The notes beneath the pieces are model-generated. The model was not told the origin of the DNA. It searched no databases and saw only the letters and a program-made list of their open reading frames with translations. This document shows, one piece after another, positions 51,256 through 63,288 of a DNA stretch of 64,000 nucleotides; positions within the stretch are counted from its first letter, which is position 1, and each line of letters starts with the position of its first letter. Source of the stretch: Eukaryota sp. GEM-RC1. Lineage: Eukaryota. A program made the position numbers and the translations under genes. Location of the stretch: positions 62,001-126,000 of the forward strand of contig JAUFOQ010000002.1 of NCBI GenBank assembly GCA_040285855.1. Direction: 5' to 3'.

Positions 51256-54200
51256 ATGTCCGGAGCTGTTTTCCGGGAAGTTATTGAGCACACACCTTCA
51301 TGTGTTCAGTTCTCGATGTATACCAAAGAAGAGATCGAAAAGCTGTCTGCTTGTAAGATCACCAACCCAATTCTGTTTGACTCTCTCAACAATCCTTGTC
51401 AAAATGGTCTCTATGATCCCCGGCTTGGACCCATTGGGCGTTTCGATACTTGTCCTACTTGCAAACTCAGTCCTCTGCTCTGTCCCGGTCATCTTGGCCA
51501 CATTGAGCTTCCATTCCCTGTCTTCAATGTCTTCTTCTTCCCTGTCATCTACACTCTGATCAGGGGCAAATGCTTTCAATGTCACAAAATGCGCTGGTCC
51601 AGAACTAAAATGGATGAGTTCTTCGTCCATCTCAATTCTCTCCCTAAAGATCCCCGTCGTTACCTTGAGATTTCTAAGTTCATGCAAAACCTCCGTCCAA
51701 ATGCGAGCATTGTGGTGCCTATTCCCCTAAGTTTCGTAAGGAAGGGTTCACGAAGCTCTTCGTAACTCCCATAGGTCAAGTGGGAAGACGAGTCAACGCT
51801 GGTCTTGGAGTAGATCTTAATAATATAGCATCCTTCTATACTCCACGTGACGTCTACAATCAACTGAAACTGACTTGGGAAGTTGATCACGATATCATGT
51901 CCTGCATGTACCCCATCACTCAACCAGCTGGCATCCACGGCTACAAAATCCTCTTTCTTGATTCCCTCCCTGTGCCTCCTAACAGATTCCGACCTCCTTC
52001 TGTCAACAATGGACAAACCTTCGAACATCCAGCCTCTGCGTACCTTGGACAGATTCTTACCACCCGTAGAGAATTACTACGTGCTGCTCGCCCTGTTTCA
52101 ATAGAGAATACAGCAGATGATGAAGAGATCGATGATAGCGTGATTGATGAAGCTCAAGCAGCAAACGAGAGCAAACAGGCTCACACCACTCGTATTCAAA
52201 GGATTATCAACCTCTACTTTAAGTTACAGAATGAAGTTAATACTTACCTTGATTGTGATAAGAATGCTCATCCTGTTTACGGAGTGTTACCTAACCCTGG
52301 AATTCGTCAGATTTTAGAGCGAAAAGAAGGTCTCTTTAGACAAAATATGATGGGGAAACGTGTTAATTTCTCAGCTAGATCTGTTATCAGTCCAGATCCC
52401 TACATTGCCACCTCTGAAGTCGGTGTTCCAGAGGTCTTTGCCAAGACTTTAACTTTTGCTGAACCTGTAACCCCCTTCAATGCAGAGCGTCTTCGTGCTG
52501 CTGTTCTAAATGGAACTCACAACTATCCAGGAGCTAATTTCGTTGAGGACGAATATGGTAACGTCAAAAACTTAAATAAAATGGATCCTGAACAACGAGA
52601 AGGACTAGCCAAGCTTCTCCTTACTCCTTCTGAAGACCCAACTGCCCTTCCAAAGAGAGTCTATCGTCATTTGATTAATGGTGACGTGCTCATGGTTAAC
52701 AGACAGCCCACCCTCCACTCTGCTTCTATTCTGGCTCACACTGCCAAGGTTCTAAAGAATCAGCGAACTGTTAGACTTCACTACGCCAATTGCAGTAGTT
52801 ACAATGCTGATTTTGATGGTGATGAGATGAATCTTCACTTTCCTCAATCACAAGAAGCTCGAGCTGAAGCTTATAACATCGCGTCAGCTGATCACATGTA
52901 CACCACTCCAACTGCTGGTAATCCAATCAGAGGTTTGATTCAAGATCACGTCATGGGTGGGTTCTTTTGACCTTGAAAGACACCTTTTTGACCCGTCAGG
53001 TTTACACTCAGTTGCTGTATTCCGCTCTTTCTACTGACAAGATGTTTACTAAAAAGAAACTTCCAACTATTCCCCCTGCTATTCTCAAACCCAAACCCCT
53101 TTGGACAGGAAAACAAGTTATTTCCTCTCTCATCCAAATCATTGTCGGTGAAGGAGTACCTCTCCCTAACATTAGAGCCAATGGAAAGGTTTCTCCAAAG
53201 ATTTGGACGCCTCTTCATGAGGAAGAATCAGTTTTGTTGATGAGATCTGGTGATTTACTTTGTGGAGTTCTTGATAAGAATCAAATAGGACCTTCCAAAT
53301 TCGGACTGGTTCACTCAATCAATGAGCTCTATGGCCCACAAGCTTCAGGAAGGTTGTTATCATCTTTAGGAAGACTTTGTACGACTGTTTTGCAGTACTA
53401 TGGGTGTAGTGTTGGTATAAGTGACATGGTATTGACTGCTCAATCTGAGGATGAGAGACATCGACTTATTGACACTTCTACTGAACGAGGTTTTGAACTT
53501 GCTTCCAAGTTTACTTTTGAAGAACTTATGAAAACTGAAGATGTGGAGTTTGATTTCATATCCAAAGATCAACTAGCAACTTCAATTAACCGCATCTATC
53601 TCGAACCAACTCTTTACTCTAGACTAGATGGTAAGTATTCAATAGAAATGTCTGAACTCGCTGGAGAAATCATCGACTCGTGTATTAATGGAGGTCAGAC
53701 TGTCACTTTTCCACGAAACAATCTTTCTTTGATGGCTTTGATTGGTGCCAAAGGTAGTAATGTTAACGTCTCCCAAATCTCTGCTCTCCTAGGCCAACAA
53801 ACCCTCGAAGGAAGACGTGTTCCAGTAATGCCTTCAGGTAGAACTCTACCCTCATTCTCCCCTTACGATTCCTCTCCTAAATCAGGAGGTTTTGTAGCTG
53901 ATAGGTTTTTGACCGGAGTCACCCCCCAAATGTACTATTTCCATTGCATGGCTGGTAGAGAAGGTTTAATTGATACTGCTATTAAAACTGCAAACTCTGG
54001 CTATTTGCAACGATGTGTTATCAAGGCTTTAGAAGATATTTCCATCGCTTATGATGGTACTGTGAGGCAGTCTGATGGTTTAGTTATGCAGTTCTTGTAT
54101 GGAGAAGACGGTTTAAACACCAGAACAACAAAGTTTTTGAATAGATTTGGATTCATGGCGGCAAACTATAAGCCACTCATTCACGCAGCTAACTTTGCCG

Positions 54201-55865
54201 CAGTTCTTCCCAAACTTGACGTTACTTCAGCTAAAAATTTAAAAAATGAGGTAGATACTGGTGCTGATCCTGTTTTATCACGAATTTCTCCATTTTCTAC
54301 ATTGGGGGCTACTTCTGAGGCATTTAACAAGCAATTGGAAGCTTATATTGCGGAAAATCCTCATGGTTTAGTCTCTCTTTCTTCTGACTTGACCCCTGAA
54401 AAATTCAGAACTTTAATGAACTTTAAATATCAGCAATATTTGGCTCATCCTGGTGAAGCTGTCGGTGCTGTCTGTGGTCAATCAATTGGAGAACCTTCTA
54501 CTCAAATGACTTTAAACACCTTCCATTTAGCTGGTCATGGTGCCGCCAACGTTACCCTGGGTATACCCCGCCTTCGTGAAATTATTATGATGGCAGCTAA
54601 AGTAATTGCGACCCCGGTAATGCACTTAAAACTTCTCCCTGGAAAAACTGAAAGAGATGCAAAGTTCGTGGCTAAGCTTTTGTCTAGAGTTGGCCTTTCT
54701 GATGTTTGGGGAGGAATGCAAGTGACAACTTCATTGGAAGTTAAAAAGGGTGCTCCTGGTTCTAGAGTTTATAACATGGCGATTAAGCTAGACCGAGATG
54801 ATTTAATGAAGTCTCACAGTGTTTCTAAAGAGCAAGTCTTCCGTGTGATTGAAACTGCCTTCTTGCCTAAATTGGTGATGGCGATTACTCGTGATTTGAA
54901 GAAAAGTGGAGATCAAACCACTGTTGTGTCAACAACAACTTATGAACGTGAACGAAAGTATCTTTATCTTCTGCAAAAAAAGGTTGCGATGGGTAACGAT
55001 GATGATGAGGAACCGAAGTTTGATCTCAATCAAGGGTCGGATTCGGAAGGTGAGGGTCAGACCAACGAGAGATCACGTGGAAAAAAAGTAACTGATTACG
55101 ACTCTGAAGAAGATGCGGCCGGTGATGAAATAGATGATGAAGACGAAGACGAAGGTGGCGAGGAAGATGAACTCAATGTCAAAATCAAGAAACCCCCTGT
55201 AAATACCAGTAAGTCCTTCACACATCCTTTTGTTCGCGGTTATTCCTTCTCTAAGAACGGATTCGAGGTGACCTTCCATTTGCCTGCCCGTCTACGTAAA
55301 GTTCTCATGGTTTCAGTGGCCGAGAGAACTGCAAAGTCCATCTATATTAAGGAAGTTAAAGGAATTACCAATGTTAGAGTTTTATCTGACTATAATGTTG
55401 AAACTGAAACTCAGGACTACTCTATTCAAACTGAAGGGGTTAACTTTGAGGCTGCGTGGGCTTTACGACATTTGATTGATATTAATCAAATGACGTCAAC
55501 TGATATCAATCACATTTTGAAGAAATACGGTGTTGAGGCCTGCCGTTCTTCTATTGTTCGAGAAATTAACATGGTTTTTTCATCATATGGTATTGATGTT
55601 GATCTGAGACATTTATATCTTCTTGCTGATTACATGACTCATGGTGGAGGCTATAGACCTCTAAATCGAATAGGTATGGACACGAAACCTTCTCCATTTT
55701 TGAAAATGTCATTTGGAAACCACCACTCAATTTTTAACAAAGTCGGTAGTTTACAATGAAAAGGATGAACTGAAGACCCCGTCTGCTTCTATTATTGTTG
55801 GAAATCCTATTGGTGTTGGTACCGGAATGTGTGAACTGAAGTATCCAGTACAGTTAATTAATTAA
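51256..55865 (+). CDS. RPA1: DNA-directed RNA polymerase I largest subunit (three single-base frameshifts at ~51688, ~52966, ~55715)
   Basis: GLYDPRLGP..C..C......CPGHLGHIEL; GLFRQNMMGKRVNFSARSVISPD; catalytic YNADFDGDEMN; Pol I-type QMTLNTFHLAGHGAANVTLGIPRLREI; acidic insert at ~54995-55170. Corrected C-terminus MSFETTTQFL...PSASIIVG...GTG ends at TAA 55863-55865. Confidence 0.97.
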
Positions 55866-56045
55866 TGCTTAGTTTTTAGTATAATAGTTTTGTTTTTTTA
55901 AGTTTTTTATTAAATTTTGATTTTTGAACTGATTAGAACTCGATCCGATCTCCAAAATATTAACAACGAAATCAGACTTCAAAAAACAAACAATGAGAGC
56001 AACCTCACAAAATTGGAAAAGGAAAAATTTAAAAAAGCTAAAATT

Positions 56046-58969
56046 TCAAACATCGGTGGAGAGTTGTTCTATTAAGGGCGTGAATGTATCGGAATCGTAT
56101 CTAATAACAAAATTTTCAAAGTCCGATAACATTGATGAATTTTCAGTTGCTAGGTATTGGAGACTTTGAAGATAGAGCTGACAAAATATTTTTAAAATAT
56201 TCTGATCTATTTCAACAGAGTCGTTTGAACAAGTTCTTGGGGGCAGAAGGCAAGGAAAAACCATGATTAAGACACTCAGAAAATTATTATGAACTAAAGT
56301 ACCATATTCTTCCCTGAAATCATCAATTATTACCAGACAATCACGTATCAATTCAATCAGATTGGGAAATTTTGCGGAGAAAGATTGAAAAGAGCAGATT
56401 CCATATCAGATGACACCAATCTGTAGGCAGAAACTATTGCAAATTTGAAAATTGTAGGACAATTTTGGGAAACGAACTGCAATATGTCAATGTCAAAATT
56501 GAAAGTGACAACCCCGTCAAAATAATCAATTAAAATATTTGAAATTTGATAAGTTAAGTCAATTAAACTGATTGAACAAATAACATTTTGAAAAAATTCA
56601 ACATCTTCCAAAATGAAAGAAAAAAACCGAAAGGGAAAGAGGCGGTTCAAAACTGCAATCAGGGGACAAAAACTGCAAATCATATCCACGTAATCCAATC
56701 AAATGACAATCATCACATCTTTTTTGATAGGAAACAACAGTTTGAGGTATGCCACTTGAATCACTTTCAAAAACTTTTTCTAATGACTTTACCGATGAAA
56801 ATAAAACAACTTGATGGATTCTATCAAGTAGACAAAGGAAAGTTGAAGCCACACCAGGAAGGTCAGAAACAAGCACATCATCAATCAAAAAAGATTGATT
56901 GGTGTAGATTTGCTTGGTTTTATGAGACTTTTCCTTAAGATCAATCAGGGAGCAGATGAACGTCATATGATTGTGTAACAATGACGCAAACGATATTCCC
57001 TGTCGAAGATGGAAATATTTTAAATTTCTTAATATCGGTAAGCGGGAGCTGCAGTACAAAACAGTAGTGATCGACAACTGAAAACACATTCTTTGGACTT
57101 CTCTTGACCCTCAAACATAAAAGTGATTGATTCGTGTGAATTCCAGAGACCAGCACGTCATCCCCAAGGACAGTACTTGATAAGTAGATTACTTTAGGAC
57201 CATAAATTGAAACTTTTAATAAGATATCAAAGTTGACGGAGGTGCTATCAGCTTTGACACGTGATGTTTGAAGACTTCCGAGGAAAAATAACTGATGACG
57301 TTTATCATTAATCAAGGAACAGGAGGCAACAATCATATGATCCCCTTCGTGATCTCTTTGTGTGATTGATAGAGCTGATACACGATGATTATTGCCCCCT
57401 CTACGATTATCAATGACAAAAGACTTGAAAATATCATTAGAAATGAGATATAATGACGAAGAGGAACACTTTGGAAACAATTAAAAAATTACCAAACGAA
57501 GTTAATATAATCAATTTTCCAATATTTGAGCTCACAGAAGGGTTCATAAACAGTGATTGATTGTTATCCAAATGAAAAGGAGAAAAAGAAAGGACATTAT
57601 GGTAAGGTAACAAGAATTGGTTCATGGGAGAATACAGATTGAATACGAAAATATCCTTTGGATTGTTGTAGAAAAGTAATTTGCCACAAAGATAAGAACA
57701 ATTTTCAAAATTTGAGAATTTAAAATCAGGAAATTGGGGATTTGACATGGTAAAACAGTTTTGAATTATTAGCTTGGAATTAACAATATTTAATAAAAAC
57801 AGATGGTCTTCGTGTCCAATCAAAAATGATTGACTACAGAATGGAAAGAGTTGAATAGATCCATCAAATGAAATTGAATCAACGACAGTGTGGAGATCCA
57901 TGGACAAAAGAACAACCTTTGAATCAGCAGTTTGACAAACAAGAAATTTTAAATCTGTACATACACCAAATATTTTTGAAAAACTAGCAGTTCCCGAGAA
58001 CTTTTTCCAAGGCAAGATCTTAAGTTTTGGATCAATATTTAAAAAATTATCATCAATTGAAGATTGAACTAACGAGAATGAATTTTCCGAATGAATTAAT
58101 AGAATATTTGAGAAAACAACCACATCCACGGCTGTTTCATTAGATTCTATTGTGGGAGAGTTGAGACGGTGGCAGTTTTCTATTGAGACTCCATCCACGT
58201 CATCAATCACGTCATCTTTAGAATTGGAAACGTCAGCACTGTAATCAGATTGAACGCTAGGTAAATACTCCAAGTCGAAAAAATTTGTATCAGAAAATAA
58301 CTTGATTTTTCGAAAATTGAAGCGTACAGGTGGGATAAGTTCAATTTTAATATTTGAATAATTTTTCGAAGTCATTTGTACACACTGCGATTGTCCTTCA
58401 CCACTGGAAATTTTAAATTCTTTTTTAATTTTTCGTTTTCTCCCAAAAGAATGCTGTATATAAGAACTAATTAAATCCTCCGTGGTAACATCTCCTACAC
58501 GATCTTGGTCTACAGATATCCGTCTCAAATGTCTATCCCAAGAATAGAGATCAATCACGTGATGGAAATTAGACCTACTCAATACAGAAAAGCCACTCAT
58601 TCCGTCTGCCATCCTAGTAACTGCTTTAGGTTGGATGGTGAATGGAACAGAGTTACATAGTCCTGCTTGGTGAGACCAAACGGGAGTGAGGCGATGCGGA
58701 GTGAAGCTTGTACAGTAGGCTAGGATGATAACGAGGGAATGGTCTGTGATGACACAAATCTTGGATAGGTCTTGGCAGACTAAGATGGAATAGATTGTGT
58801 GGGAGGTCTTGGGTAGGGTCCAGGAGGTAAGGGTGGTCATGGTGGAAAGAGAAGTTACATTAATAGTGGAGGAATTATAGAGAAAGATGACATCAGATGA
58901 ATGAGATGATACTGTGGCAATATGAGAGCATTCTGGCAAACAGTAGACACAATCAGGATGTACAATCAT
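56046..58969 (-). CDS. Large hypothetical protein, probably one gene split by frameshifts (beta-strand-rich N-terminal part)
   Basis: Abutting or overlapping minus-strand ORFs 57437-58969, 56941-57480, 56598-57089, 56357-56698 and 56046-56351; no recognisable motif. Confidence 0.55.
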
Positions 58970-59605
58970 TCAAAAGAGCCTAAAGAGGGAGGATGTGGTG
59001 ACAGAAACTCGAACTAACAAAAAATGGCATTGACCAATTTCAGTGTTTGCTAAATGAATAATTAATGTCATCAGTGTAGACGCTATACTTTACTATTCAT
59101 TTAGTAAATGTCTCTATCGTAATGTTTAGGTTCATGGGGACTAGTTCGAATGCCTCTCTTCTTTGTGAATGTTTTCAGTCCATTTGACAATGTTTACATT
59201 CATTCTCTCTTCTTGAACGGTCAATTACATACAGAATGAACTGAACATTAGTTCAAATTACAAACACTAATGTTGGCTTCAATTGTTAAAAGTGTCACAA
59301 TAATGAAACTAATCGATTTTATCGAACTAAAATTTCAAAAATACAACAAAATTACTTGATTCAAAATCAAAATATAAGCGTTCTTTAAGATAAAACTAAT
59401 AGAACTAATAGATGAAACGACACAACGACACAACTTAGAGCAACTCATCTCAACTTAAGTACAAGAGGTTCAATCTATCGACAATCTCCATGCACTTTTA
59501 AACAAAAGACTCGTTGTAACTAGAATAAATCATTCAACTAAATAAGGTCCACCAAGCGGAAACTCTCTCCACTAAATCAAAATATCCAATCAACTGATTT
59601 TAGAC

Positions 59606-60808
59606 CTAATCATCATCAAAATATTCATCCATCAATTGATCAAATATACTCTTGCTGCGTTTCTTCTGTAACAACTCAATGATCTCTACCACGTCATCAC
59701 AAAAATCAGGATTGACGGACGCCGTGGCTTGCAAGGAAAGTAAATGTCTGGCTTCAGAACACCTTTTTAATCCCGCCAGTGATTGATACAACCAAGAAAG
59801 AGCGACAACAAACACGTCACCCTTAGCAATCGCTTGATGATAGAGCTCAGTTGATTGACTGTTACACACCAAATGAGTGCAATCACTAAGACTTCCCACG
59901 ACTTCTCCAGAGCAACGTGATAAGGCGAAACACAAATCTTCATACTTTGGCACATTCACCATCATCACCTTGACTCCTGCCATTGCTCCTTCCCTTCTCC
60001 CAGTCAGAATAGCTCCCACAGTGGTCTCTTCGTTTCTATCAAAGTACTGGTAGAACTTCATGTGGACAAATAGAAACAGCTCAAGCACTTCAAGCAGGGA
60101 TTTGTCTTTGGGGGAAGGAGGAAGAACCATATCCCAAGGATCAACGTATCGTTCACGATTCCAGTGAATGAAAGGGGGAATGATGTGAACAAGGGGTCCA
60201 AATGCCCCCCAAACAGGAAAGTTGTCATCAAGAATGATTGTCATTGTGGTGCCAGTCGGGAATATCCTAATGATTGTTTTCCTTCCTGTTTTGGAATCCA
60301 CGTCATCTCTAGAAAACACGTGTGATTCAGGGATTTCTGACAAAACTTGAAGGTGGTGTAAACATCGGAAAGCGTAAGCACGTGTACCCATGGTGAACAC
60401 GTAGACATCAAACACTGTTGAGAGCTTCTTAATGAACTCTCTGGCAAAGGGTCGAATTTGGAGAAAGTATCGGAACCCATCAAGATCGAAGAAGGTGACA
60501 GGAGCTGATGGGGTAGATGCTTGCTCTAGATCAGACTGAGAGAATGGGATTTTAGAGAGGTTGGTAAAGGGTACAGCTGTACAATGGAGAAGTGTGTGGT
60601 CAAGATCCAGAACGGCTGTGAGTCTTCGAGAGGAAATGAGTTTGGAGCGTTGATCTGCTGCTCTTTTGGCTGCTTCTGTTGCAGATATTGAAAGTGAAAG
60701 ATTAGCCTGACCAGAGGGTATCATGTTATTGTCCTCTGTGGAAGGAACATGTGCTCCACATATTGTACAAAGATCAGCATATTTAAGTGGATGATCACAA
60801 GAAGACAT
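59606..60808 (-). CDS. FCP1: FCP1/CPL-like RNA Pol II CTD phosphatase (FCPH + BRCT)
   Basis: CDHP....LCTICG N-terminus, VLDLDHTLLH (DxDxT), RPFAREF, VFTMGTRAYA, IILDD...VW, BRCT-like CTHLV...VV..SWL. Confidence 0.9.
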   Translation of the reverse strand: MSSCDHPLKYADLCTICGAHVPSTEDNNMIPSGQANLSLSISATEAAKRAADQRSKLISSRRLTAVLDLDHTLLHCTAVPFTNLSKIPFSQSDLEQASTPSAPVTFFDLDGFRYFLQIRPFAREFIKKLSTVFDVYVFTMGTRAYAFRCLHHLQVLSEIPESHVFSRDDVDSKTGRKTIIRIFPTGTTMTIILDDNFPVWGAFGPLVHIIPPFIHWNRERYVDPWDMVLPPSPKDKSLLEVLELFLFVHMKFYQYFDRNEETTVGAILTGRREGAMAGVKVMMVNVPKYEDLCFALSRCSGEVVGSLSDCTHLVCNSQSTELYHQAIAKGDVFVVALSWLYQSLAGLKRCSEARHLLSLQATASVNPDFCDDVVEIIELLQKKRSKSIFDQLMDEYFDDD

Positions 60809-60852
60809 TGCGATCTTGTACAAAATTCTTCCTTCACATCAATTCTTCACAA

Positions 60853-61601
60853 ATGCCATCTTATGATCGTTCTTTAGTTGTCTTTAGTCCTGATGGACGT
60901 CTCTTTCAAGTGGAATATGCTATGCAGGCTGTTCAGAAAGGTGCCACTGCTGTTGCTCTTAGAGGCACGGACTTTATTGTTATGGGCGTGGAGAAACGCA
61001 ACGTTGCTAAGCTACAAGAGTCTCGAACCATACGAAAAATCTGTCTTCTTGACGATCATATAGTATCCAGTTTTGCCGGTCTCAATGCTGATGGTAAGCT
61101 TACCTTTTCTGTTAAAGCTAATTCCAGCCAGAGTTCTCATAGATCGAGCACGTGTACATGCCCAAAACCATCGATTAACTGTTGAAGATCCCATCAGTGT
61201 GAAAGCCATGGCCGACTTCGTGTCGAAGACGCAGCAGAAATATACCATTTCTGGTGGAGTCCGTCCTTTGGTGTATCAATGCTCATTGCTGGATTTGATC
61301 TTAACAAAAACCAGAACTATACCTATCAGAACCCTCAGGAGTCTCTTCCGCCTGGAAAGCAAACACAATTGGTAAAAATGACAAAACAGTGCGTGAGTTT
61401 TTAGAAAAAAAGTATGCTGAAGATCTGACGGAACAACAAGCGATAGACTTAGTCACTAGTTCTTTACTAGAGGTAGTAGAAAGCGGGAAGAATGTGGAGA
61501 TTGCTGTACTTAGATATGATACCCCCATGACATTCCTTTCAGAGGAACAGGTTGACGAAGTTGTTGTTCGATTGGGAGAGCATCAGGAAGCGATGCAATG
61601 A
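60853..61601 (+). CDS. PSMA7: 20S proteasome subunit alpha4 (one intron, two homopolymer frameshifts)
   Basis: MPSYDRSLVVFSPDGRLFQVEYA...KLQESRTIRKICLLDDH...FAGLNADARVLIDRARV..QNHRLTVEDP...RPFGVSMLIAGFD...PSG..SAWKANTIG...VREFLEK. Confidence 0.95.
61094..61127 (+). other. 34-nt spliceosomal intron in PSMA7
   Basis: GTAAGCTTACCTTTTCTGTTAAAGCTAATTCCAG; removal restores conserved GLNADARVL. Confidence 0.93.
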
Positions 61602-61654
61602 GTTGTAGATGTATAGAAGTTTTATAATACAATTCACGATTCAATCAATCAATA

Positions 61655-62506
61655 TCAATGATTCCCCTTTCTTTTTCCAGGATTCATTACTGTAATGACT
61701 TTAATCCACGGCAGGATTTCCAAGACATTGCACCAGACAAAATAAACTAAAAAGAAGCGGTAATGATGTTTGTCCTCGTGTAACCACGTGTCAAAGAGCT
61801 GTTGCAGTACATTCACGTCTAAAAATAGTAGCAACGACCAGAAACTACGGAATAATTGGAGGAAACTGTAAATGAAGATAATACTCTTGAATTTTTCAAT
61901 TCGTGTTCTCAGAACCACGGACATTGAGAGTTTTGAAAGAGATGAAAAAATCCTGGTGGATATAAAAGTAATTGAGAAAAACAAAATGGTGTAAACTATC
62001 ATATTGAAAAGATCAATATAAATGAAACCTGTATGAGCATCATCTCGATGAGAAACTCTAGCGGCATATAGTGAAACAGAAAGAGTTGAAGTTATTGATA
62101 TGAACAGAGCAGGAATGACGTGACGAGAAGGACTCATTCTAAGAAAATTGAAGGAGCTTAGTAGAAACAAGACGAAGAAGCAGATAAGTATGAATTGAAG
62201 AGCTAAAGGGATTTCATTACAAACCAGTATGATTTTGAGGAACTCCGGCGGATCTGAGGGATCTGATACAGGAAAAATTATGGTATAGGCACGGATAAAC
62301 ATTACAGAAGCACCGATCAACATAAAGAGAGTTTCATAAGATAAACGGCCAGACTTCGAAGGATATAGGAGAGTACGAAGTACGGTGTATAAGCCAAGCG
62401 CAAAATACTCGAGAAATACAACGAGCAATATGATTCTATACTTGGAATCAGGAAAATAGGATAGAGATGGACATTCACCTCGTAGGAGAAGCGTTAAATC
62501 AGACAT
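61655..62506 (-). CDS. Seven-transmembrane protein, possibly GPR137/THH1-TOM1-like
   Basis: About 7 hydrophobic helices; IP.ALQF..ICFFVLF and terminal-helix EILP motifs. Confidence 0.65.
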   Translation of the reverse strand: MSDLTLLLRGECPSLSYFPDSKYRIILLVVFLEYFALGLYTVLRTLLYPSKSGRLSYETLFMLIGASVMFIRAYTIIFPVSDPSDPPEFLKIILVCNEIPLALQFILICFFVLFLLSSFNFLRMSPSRHVIPALFISITSTLSVSLYAARVSHRDDAHTGFIYIDLFNMIVYTILFFSITFISTRIFSSLSKLSMSVVLRTRIEKFKSIIFIYSFLQLFRSFWSLLLFLDVNVLQQLFDTWLHEDKHHYRFFLVYFVWCNVLEILPWIKVITVMNPGKRKGNH

Positions 62507-62601
62507 CAGCTAATAGCTTATGGATAGTGTTGTAATTTGAGTCGACTGTGAAAACTCTTGACTTGACACAACTCATGAGTTTGTCATACATGTACTACAA
62601 C

Positions 62602-63288
62602 TTTAATTAATTGTCGTTATTTTATTCATCTACATGTAGTAATTCATGATAGTGTACGTGATTCTTGTTATTCCATGTTTAAAGCACATGGTTTTCACTC
62701 TAAAGTTGAACCAGTTTTGAATCACCTTTCAGAAAATGAATTTACAGATCAAAAACAGGGGATCACCATACTCCGTGGCCTAAATCGAGTGAATCATAAA
62801 TGTATTTTACTACAGTAGATGTTTGTAACAAATCTTTTGTTAGTAGGATATTAGATTCTTCTTTTAATCCGTTAACAGCTGCTGAAGAGCTCAAACACTC
62901 CAAGTATGACTCTCAAGTAGAAGAATTAAATCGAAACTCATATTCCAAATTTGTGTTTCAACCTTTGCTGTTTCTCTTTTTGGATCGATTAGTCCTGTTG
63001 GTGATCAATATTTCAAGGATTTCGATGAACTGTGTAAAGAAAAGGAGCGTAAGTTTAGAATGGCTGAATGGAAAAACCGTATAGTGTTTTGCACACATCG
63101 GAATATGCATTTATATTTCTCTCGATTAATTGAGAAATTGTACAAGTTTGGTGTGAATGTTAATGTTGAAAAACGGAATCTCTTACCGGGTGGTGATGAA
63201 GTCGTTTGGATTTAATCTTAGTATTATTTGTTTGTTTTTGCAATTTCATAGATTTGTACGAAGGTTACCTTCTTGGGCACCGAATAAA
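62602..63288 (+). mobile_element. 5'-truncated copy of the non-LTR retrotransposon (RLE region + 3' UTR), without the hAT insertion
   Basis: Closely similar to the reverse complement of 19805-20325 joined to 21230-21401; ends CCGAATAAAA. Confidence 0.93.

Noticed and set aside
51256..55865. Split RNA polymerase subunit (archaeal, plastid or viral style) or pseudogene
   Set aside because: Each break is repaired by one base and restores conserved Pol I sequence; catalytic motifs are intact.
17694..61528. Numerous short antisense or off-frame ORFs overlapping the identified genes
   Set aside because: Expected shadows of long coding regions; no independent motifs.
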